A stretch of DNA of 64,000 nt from an uncultured delta proteobacterium (lineage in GTDB: Bacteria; Desulfobacterota; RBG-13-43-22), in NCBI GenBank assembly GCA_963790475.1, contig CAWBOS010000012.1, positions 1,504,001 through 1,568,000 on the forward strand, written 5' to 3'. This document shows, piece by piece, positions 57,546-64,000 of the stretch (its first letter is position 1; each line of letters starts with the position of its first letter). A model generated the notes under the pieces. The model had not been told where the DNA came from. It worked only from the letters and a program-made list of their open reading frames with translations, and did no database searches. The position numbers were made by a program, and so were the translations under genes.

Positions 57546-59489
57546 TTACTTTCTTTTCGTTTTCTTTTTGTGAAGATAGGGCAACAATCCTCCGGCTAAC
57601 AGGATTTCTATCTTCTCCCGTGGGACCAGGGCCTTGAGGATAATTTCAGTCTTTTTAGTTTTATTACGGGCCTTGATTTCCTGTCCTTTCCGAAGGTTTA
57701 TTTTTAGATTTTTAAATTCGAGCCGATCATCCTGGCCGATGAGATGGTAATCCCGCGGATTTTTAAAAACCAAAGGAACGATCCCATAATTGATCAAATT
57801 GCTTAAATGAATGCGGGCGAAGGATTTGACCAGCACGGCCTGAACTCCCAGAAACATCGGGGCCAGAACGGCATGTTCCCTGGATGAACCCTGTCCGTAA
57901 TTTTCTCCCCCGACAATCACCCCGCCCTTGGCCTTCATTGCCCTTTCTGCAAAGGTAGGGTCCAGGCGGGAAAAGGTGTATCGGGAAATAGCGGGGATGT
58001 TCGACCGGAAGGGCAAAACCTCTGACCCACCAGGAAGGATATCGTCAGTAGAGATATGATCTCCGGTCTTAATTAAAACCGAGGCCGTAAAAGAATCAGG
58101 CAGGGGTTTTTTTGAGGGGATGGCCTTGATGTTGGGGCCCCGGATAATCTTTACCTGGTCTGGTTTTCTTGAGGGCGGCAGGATCAAAGGATCTGGCCAG
58201 GAAGTTTGAGGAGGATTGACTATAATCGGGACAGAGATTTTTATGCGCCGGGGATCAATCACTTCTCCTTTCAGAGCAATCAGGGCGGCGACCATCGGAT
58301 TGCAAAGATAGACCCGGGCGGAAAGGGTCCCGCTCCGGCCTTTGAAATTCCGGTTATAGGTCCGGAAAGAGACTCCTCCATCAGGAGGGGCGCCTCCCAT
58401 GCCGATACAGGGCCCACAGGCGGATTCGAGAATACGGGCCCCGGAAGCGATCATGAGCGACAGGTCTCCTTGCCCAGCCAGGGATTGAAGGACCTGACGT
58501 GATCCGGGGTTGATCAAGAGGCTGGTAAGGGAGTTTACGGTTTTTCCGCCGAGTATGGCCGCCACGGATTTTAAGGAGGCATAGGAAGAATTCGAGCAGC
58601 TGCCGATACATACCTGGTCCACTTTTAATCCGGTCAATTCTTTCAAAGGCACCACCTGGTCCGGGCTGAAGGGTTTGGCCACCAGTGGTTCCAGCGTTCC
58701 AAGATCTATTTCCATATTTTCATCGTAAAGCGCGTCCGGATCCGGAAGAATCTCCCGCCAATCTCTTGCCCGGCCTTGGGATTCGAGAAAAGAACGGGTG
58801 ATTCCGTCACTGGGAAAAAGGGAAGAAGTGGCTCCCAGCTCGGCACCCAGATTGCAAATGGTGGCCCGCTCGGTTACCGAAAGATCCTGGCAGCCCGGTC
58901 CATAAAACTCATTAACCCAACCCACTCCTCCGCGCACCGTCAGACGACGAAGCATTTCCAGGGCCACGTCCATGGCCGTTACCCAAGGGCGATTCAATCG
59001 ACCGGTCAACCAAATCTTTCTCGTTCTGGGTTTAATCAGATTATAGGGGAAACCGGCCATGGCCGCGGCGATATCCAACCCCCCACAGCCCATAGCCAAC
59101 ATACCCAAGCCCCCTGCGGTTGGAGTGTGACTGTCCGAACCCAGCAAAATTTGGCCCGGTCTGGCAAAACGTTCCAAATGGATTTGATGACAAATGCCGT
59201 TTCCCGCCGGGGAGAAGTAGGCCCCGTATCGGGCAGCGGCAGTTTGAAGGTAGAGGTGGTCGTCCGGGTTTCGGGAATCGGCCTGTATGGTGTTGTGATC
59301 CACGTAGGAAACCGCCAGAGGGACCTGGATCCGGGATTGTCCGATGGCCTCGAACTGCAGATAGACCATGGTCCCTGTGGCATCCTGGGTCAGGACCTGG
59401 TCCACCTTCAACGGGATGGTTTCGGCGGGTGTTGGTTGCTTATCCCACAGATGTTGTTTAACAATTTTGTCGAAAAGATTCATTTTCAT
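57546..59489 (-). CDS. Aconitate hydratase (short form)
   Basis: QDATG, DH, GICHQ, GSDSHT, IGSCSN, CGPCIG, NRNF, NYGQGSSREHA. Confidence 0.93.
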   Translation of the reverse strand: MKMNLFDKIVKQHLWDKQPTPAETIPLKVDQVLTQDATGTMVYLQFEAIGQSRIQVPLAVSYVDHNTIQADSRNPDDHLYLQTAAARYGAYFSPAGNGICHQIHLERFARPGQILLGSDSHTPTAGGLGMLAMGCGGLDIAAAMAGFPYNLIKPRTRKIWLTGRLNRPWVTAMDVALEMLRRLTVRGGVGWVNEFYGPGCQDLSVTERATICNLGAELGATSSLFPSDGITRSFLESQGRARDWREILPDPDALYDENMEIDLGTLEPLVAKPFSPDQVVPLKELTGLKVDQVCIGSCSNSSYASLKSVAAILGGKTVNSLTSLLINPGSRQVLQSLAGQGDLSLMIASGARILESACGPCIGMGGAPPDGGVSFRTYNRNFKGRSGTLSARVYLCNPMVAALIALKGEVIDPRRIKISVPIIVNPPQTSWPDPLILPPSRKPDQVKIIRGPNIKAIPSKKPLPDSFTASVLIKTGDHISTDDILPGGSEVLPFRSNIPAISRYTFSRLDPTFAERAMKAKGGVIVGGENYGQGSSREHAVLAPMFLGVQAVLVKSFARIHLSNLINYGIVPLVFKNPRDYHLIGQDDRLEFKNLKINLRKGQEIKARNKTKKTEIILKALVPREKIEILLAGGLLPYLHKKKTKRK

Positions 59490-59594
59490 AACATATCCCC
59501 TCAGGTATTATCCGGAATTAAGCATCCGGTATTTCCTCATTCGCGCCGTCTATCGTCCCTTATCCCTTGGGCCGCGTGCCTCCCGTATCCTCCC

Positions 59595-61400
59595 TCACTC
59601 ATCACCCGTCGGCAACAACACCGTCATCGTCGTTCCCTGTTCCGAGGACTCCACCTGGATGTCTCCATTGTGGTCCTTGATAAGTTTGTAAGAGACCGCC
59701 AAGCCGAGGCCGGTTCCTTTCTTTTTGGTGGTGACAAAAGGACGAAACAGGTTTTCTTTAATCTTGCTGTCTATACCCCTTCCGGTATCCGAGAACCGAA
59801 TCAGAACGGATTCCCCTTCCTTTTCCGTTACCAGGGTTAAGGTGCCCCCTTCCGGCATGGCCTCGACCGCATTCTTGGTCAAGTTGATGAAGACCTGTTT
59901 GATTTGTTGGGGGTCAAAGGAAAATTCCGGCAGGTCAGGGGCTAGACGGGTTTTAATTTCAATCTGCTTTTCAGCGAACAAAGGGCTGAAGAGTCGAATC
60001 AGATCTGATAAAATCGGATCGATTCGGGATTTACTTTTGCAGGGGGTTGTGGGACGGGAAAAGTCCCGGACATCCACAAGAATTTTTTCCAATCGACTGA
60101 TTTCACCGGTGATCAAATCGAGCTTCTCTTTTTCCTTTTCCCCAAGCGTCGGAGATCGTTTGATCTGTTGGGCCAGTCCGCCGATGGCAATTAAAGGATT
60201 TTTGATTTCATGCGAGACATGAGTGGCCATGGATCCCACCGCGGCCAGCCGTTCGGATTGTATCAATTTTTGTTGTGATTTTTTGAGTTCTTCTGTTTTC
60301 TTATTGATCTCGATTTCTAAGGCTCCGGACCAGCGATTGGCAATGAATACCCAAAGCCCCGTCCCGATGATTATAAGAAGTTGAAAGATTCCAATGAGAA
60401 TAGCTTGTTGAAAGTTGAGGCTGTGAACTATTCCTGAGACTTCTTCGATGGGGGCTACCATGGCAACCGACCAGAATTCGGAAGCCAAAATGGACTGAGC
60501 AGGCAAGCTTCGATCCGGTGTTTTATAAAATGGGATGGGAGTATAGGCGACCAACTTTTCAGTGGCGGTCCTTCGTGAACGATGCCAGCCGAGGATATAA
60601 GTGGAAGTTCCTTCCTTTTTTTTCAGGAGTTCATCCCGAACGAGGTCATTGATTTTTTTGATGGATAATTGAGGGCTGGTGGTCTTCAGAACCCAAAAAA
60701 TACTTTTGCCGATAAATTTTTTTTCCGGATGATCCAGAAGGATACCCTCTGGATTAATGATCCAGGCATAGCCCGTACTTCCGGAAACCACCCCCCGGGT
60801 GGCCCTTTGGGCAATAGCTGAGGCATCGATTATAAAAAAAATGGCCCCCATAAATCGGTTTTCGTCCGGCCCCTTTTCTTGGAGGGCAACCCCCAGGGGC
60901 AGGACACACTTCCCTTCCCAAACAGAGGTGTTCCCCATCCAGACCTGGTTGAGAGCCGATTCCCCTTTCCGATCATGATCAAGGGATCGGGGTTCAGGCA
61001 GATGGATGGAGGAAGGTTGCCAATGCCTATCCAGGGTTTTGGTTACCGCCTTTCCTTGTTTATCCAGGATTAAGATGGCCAGGACATCGCCTGACAACAG
61101 GTCCTGGTATCGGGAAAGTATCCCTTCGGCTTTGGCAAGAAAGGGAAGCCCTTCTAGTTCCCCAACCTTCCTCAATTCCAACAAAGTGGTTTCCAAATGG
61201 GATATCTGGTTTTGTATTTGGTCGGAAATCTTTCTGGCCAGGATAAGCTGCTGGTCATTAAACTGCCGAGTTATGACTTTATGGATTTTTTTTGAAGTGG
61301 AATATCCGACAAATCCGATCAACAAGGTCAATAGTAGTGCCAGGGCAAACACCGCCGGCAAGGATTTTTTTAATAACCTGGGGAAGGAGATTTTTTTCAT
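59595..61400 (-). CDS. Cache-domain sensor histidine kinase
   Basis: Two TM helices around a periplasmic Cache-like domain; SHEIKNPL, NLTKNA, DTGRG, GTGLGL; start MKKISF. Confidence 0.9.
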   Translation of the reverse strand: MKKISFPRLLKKSLPAVFALALLLTLLIGFVGYSTSKKIHKVITRQFNDQQLILARKISDQIQNQISHLETTLLELRKVGELEGLPFLAKAEGILSRYQDLLSGDVLAILILDKQGKAVTKTLDRHWQPSSIHLPEPRSLDHDRKGESALNQVWMGNTSVWEGKCVLPLGVALQEKGPDENRFMGAIFFIIDASAIAQRATRGVVSGSTGYAWIINPEGILLDHPEKKFIGKSIFWVLKTTSPQLSIKKINDLVRDELLKKKEGTSTYILGWHRSRRTATEKLVAYTPIPFYKTPDRSLPAQSILASEFWSVAMVAPIEEVSGIVHSLNFQQAILIGIFQLLIIIGTGLWVFIANRWSGALEIEINKKTEELKKSQQKLIQSERLAAVGSMATHVSHEIKNPLIAIGGLAQQIKRSPTLGEKEKEKLDLITGEISRLEKILVDVRDFSRPTTPCKSKSRIDPILSDLIRLFSPLFAEKQIEIKTRLAPDLPEFSFDPQQIKQVFINLTKNAVEAMPEGGTLTLVTEKEGESVLIRFSDTGRGIDSKIKENLFRPFVTTKKKGTGLGLAVSYKLIKDHNGDIQVESSEQGTTMTVLLPTGDE

Positions 61401-62476
61401 TGTCGAATATTCAGCAGCAGGTAACTGCCGATAAATAAAAACAGGATATTGGAAGACCAGGCGGCCCAAAGGGGAGGAAATATCCCGTTGAGTCCCAGGG
61501 AGCGGGAAAAAGCAAAGACGATCCAGTAAATAAAGGCCACCAATAAACTGCCGACAATCCCTTGAGCGATTCCGATGCCTTTCTCTTTGCGCAGGGCCAA
61601 AGAAATCCCAAAAAGGGCCATGATCAAACAGACGACCGGGAAGGACAGACGGACATGTTTTTCCACAATATAGCGGGTGGCATCATAACCTTCCCGTTGA
61701 ATCTTCCGGATGTTGGCTTTAAGTTCCGGATAGGTCATCTCTTCACTGCTTTTTTCCTGGTATCGGAAATCTTCCGGGGATTCCGGCAGGCGGATGGTTT
61801 TTTCAGTGAAAGGCTCGCTGGAATAAGAACCGTCAGGCTGAAAGAATTGGGAGAGGCCATTTCTGAAAATCCAGACCCCGTTTTTCCAATTTACGTTTTC
61901 AGCATCAACCCGGGACCGGAGATTGAATCCGGAATCAAAGAAATAGAGGGTTGATCCTTCCGCCGACTGATCTTTAAAATTAAAGTTATGAAAGGAATAA
62001 ATGGCTTGATCCCCCTTATACCAGATTTTTTCCTGGAGCAGGACGGCCCGAGGTTCTATTTTTTTAACCTGATAATTCCAGATGGCCTGGGCCCGGCCCT
62101 GGCTGAAAGGAACCACTACTTCCCCGAGAATCAAAAGAAAAATAGTGGAGGCTGAAGCAAGCAAAATAATCGGGAAAGACAGGCGAACCATATTGATTCC
62201 GCTGGATTTAAAGGCGATGAGTTGATTATTTTTGGAAAAAAATCCAAAAGTGAGTTGAGTACCCATCAGAATGGCCAACGGGATCATTTGTTTGATAACC
62301 ATGGGGAGGGTGTAGATAAAATGCCGGACAATAAAATGGGGGGCCACCCCGGCTTCATTGAAATCATGAAGTTTTTCCATGACGTCCACCAGCACGAAAA
62401 TAAAAACAAAGATCCCCAGGCAAAGTAGGGTCACTTTCAAGAATTCCTTGGATATATAATGACTGATAATTCGCAC
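61397..62476 (-). CDS. lptG: LPS export ABC transporter permease (LptG/LptF family)
   Basis: IISHYISKEF, NQLIAFKSSGI, PLWAAWSSNILF. Confidence 0.85.
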   Translation of the reverse strand: MRIISHYISKEFLKVTLLCLGIFVFIFVLVDVMEKLHDFNEAGVAPHFIVRHFIYTLPMVIKQMIPLAILMGTQLTFGFFSKNNQLIAFKSSGINMVRLSFPIILLASASTIFLLILGEVVVPFSQGRAQAIWNYQVKKIEPRAVLLQEKIWYKGDQAIYSFHNFNFKDQSAEGSTLYFFDSGFNLRSRVDAENVNWKNGVWIFRNGLSQFFQPDGSYSSEPFTEKTIRLPESPEDFRYQEKSSEEMTYPELKANIRKIQREGYDATRYIVEKHVRLSFPVVCLIMALFGISLALRKEKGIGIAQGIVGSLLVAFIYWIVFAFSRSLGLNGIFPPLWAAWSSNILFLFIGSYLLLNIRQ

Positions 62477-62625
62477 GACAAAATACTAACTAAGGTTGGC
62501 AAGTTTGTAAATAAAAATAGCAAAGCAAGAAAGGGGTTTAATTATTTATTAAAACTTGTTAAAAAGAAAAGGAACAGTAAAGGTTTTGATATCTGGGCCT
62601 AAAGTCCGTTCCTTATATTATAGCT

Positions 62626-62700
62626 CAGTCCCGCCGGGCGGGATTGCCTGACAATAGATTGAAATCAATAGATGTCGGCCCCGCCTAGGCGAGGCTGACC
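62626..62700. repeat. REP-like doublet
   Basis: tcagtcccgccgggcgggat ... gtcggccccgcctaggcgaggctgac, two related GC hairpins. Confidence 0.5.
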
Positions 62701-62778
62701 GATTAACTGAGAAATTCATAACATCAGGATTCTTGTAAGAGACTCGTCTGGTATATAACCAGAAGATCAGAGGCTACC

Positions 62779-63822
62779 ATGACCATACGAGAAACCATCG
62801 AACAAAGAGAGAAACTGATCCTGTCCCCTTGGGCCGCTTTGAGTTCCGAAAGCCGGGGAAGACAGATTCCGGAAGAAGAATGCTCGATTCGAACCGTCTT
62901 TCAAAGGGACCGGGATCGGATCATCCATTCCAAGGCCTTCCGCCGCTTGAAACATAAGACCCAGGTATTTTTGTCTCCCACCGGGGATCATTACCGGACC
63001 CGACTGACCCATACCCTGGAGGTCTCTCAAATCGCCCGGACTATTGCCCGGGCTCTGGGGCTGAATGAGGATCTCACCGAAGCCGTGGCCCTGGGTCATG
63101 ATTTAGGCCATACCCCTTTCGGTCATGCCGGGGAAGAAGTTCTGGATCAGATTGTTCCCGGTGGTTTTGTTCATAATCTGCAAAGTCTCCGGGTAGTGGA
63201 TCATTTAGAAAAGGGCGGAAAAGGCCTGAATCTGACCTTGGAGGTAAGAGACGGTATCGAAAAACATTCCAAAGGAAAAGGGGAAATCCTTCCCCAAGAC
63301 CCGTCCGAAAAGGCCATGACTCTGGAAGGACAGGTGGTCCGGGCGGCCGATATCATTGCCTATATCAGTCATGACCTGGATGATGCCATCCGTGGTGAAG
63401 TGATTTCCTCCCAGGATGTTCCGGCTTTTTGTTTAAGGGTCTTAGGGGATAGGAGTTCGAAACGGATCGATACTATGGTCCGGAATCTGGTTGTCAACAG
63501 TTTAAATGGTCCATCGGGGGGGCTTTCGATCGGGGAGGAGGTCTTGCAGGCCATGTTGGAATTGCGGGAATTCCTTTATGCCCGGGTCTATGACCTGGGC
63601 CGGATCCATGATGATTTTATTAAGGCTAGAAAAGTGATCAGTGAACTGTACCAGATTTTTCTTGAGGATCCCAAACTTCTGGATGCCTATCTGGGTTCAT
63701 CGGAAAGCCATCTGAAAGCGGATCCGCAGAAGATAACCGATTTCATTGCCGGCATGACCGACCGTTATGCCCTAAACGTCTATGAAAAGGTATTTCTTCC
63801 TAAACCCTGGGCGGTGTTATAG
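62779..63822 (+). CDS. dgt: Deoxyguanosinetriphosphate triphosphohydrolase-like HD protein
   Basis: [50 protein letters not shown]. Confidence 0.95.
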   Translation: MTIRETIEQREKLILSPWAALSSESRGRQIPEEECSIRTVFQRDRDRIIHSKAFRRLKHKTQVFLSPTGDHYRTRLTHTLEVSQIARTIARALGLNEDLTEAVALGHDLGHTPFGHAGEEVLDQIVPGGFVHNLQSLRVVDHLEKGGKGLNLTLEVRDGIEKHSKGKGEILPQDPSEKAMTLEGQVVRAADIIAYISHDLDDAIRGEVISSQDVPAFCLRVLGDRSSKRIDTMVRNLVVNSLNGPSGGLSIGEEVLQAMLELREFLYARVYDLGRIHDDFIKARKVISELYQIFLEDPKLLDAYLGSSESHLKADPQKITDFIAGMTDRYALNVYEKVFLPKPWAVL

Positions 63823-63961
63823 ACCGGAGCAAATCCCTTTGAATTGAATTTATCCGTTCGTCATGGTTTAAGTATTTAATTTTAATTTGGCTTTATAAAA
63901 AATGAGAATCCAAAAACCGAAAGGCTGATTTATGAAGCGATCCGGCAGACCCGGACAACCC

Positions 63962-64000
63962 ATGACTAATACTATCGATCTACACGCCCACATTCATGTT
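63962..64000 (+). CDS. Start of a probable amidohydrolase/PHP-type metalloenzyme (truncated by the window)
   Basis: MTNTIDLHAHIHV contains an IDxHxH metal-binding start. Confidence 0.45.
   Translation, partial: MTNTIDLHAHIHV

Noticed and set aside
58776-59840. 354-aa ORF on the + strand
   Set aside because: Antisense to aconitase and the kinase; no motifs.

Overview
Bacterial chromosomal window whose gene content (trpB2, PxxKW protein, pilB-pilC-pilS, tandem pilT paralogues) suggests a Desulfobacterota/deltaproteobacterium. Most of it is housekeeping: mutM, HU, trmJ, xseAB-ispA-dxs-tlyA, hisHF, folD, panB-panE, aconitase, lptG, dGTPase. The left edge (1-1573) is the decayed end of an island at tRNA-Lys(CTT), with an FG-GAP repeat gene and IS3 and integrase relics. 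The most unusual part is an AT-rich accessory block at about 17.4-25 kb. It looks like an integron cassette array with no integrase in view: three copies of one sigma70 promoter, three attI-like sites ending in GTT, several attC-like hairpins, and cassette-like ORFs (HEPN-like, Zn-binding, TA pairs). These are interleaved with diverged copies of the ends of neighbouring genes, and short GTCCC/GGGTCA-type motifs sit at the junctions. Next come an IS, a barnase-barstar pair and a 1410-aa RelE-like/SF1 helicase/TPR fusion that is a candidate defence protein. Several families of short palindromic or heptamer repeats are scattered throughout, and two of them are inserted in frame in genes. All calls come from reading the sequence by eye; no database searches were run.
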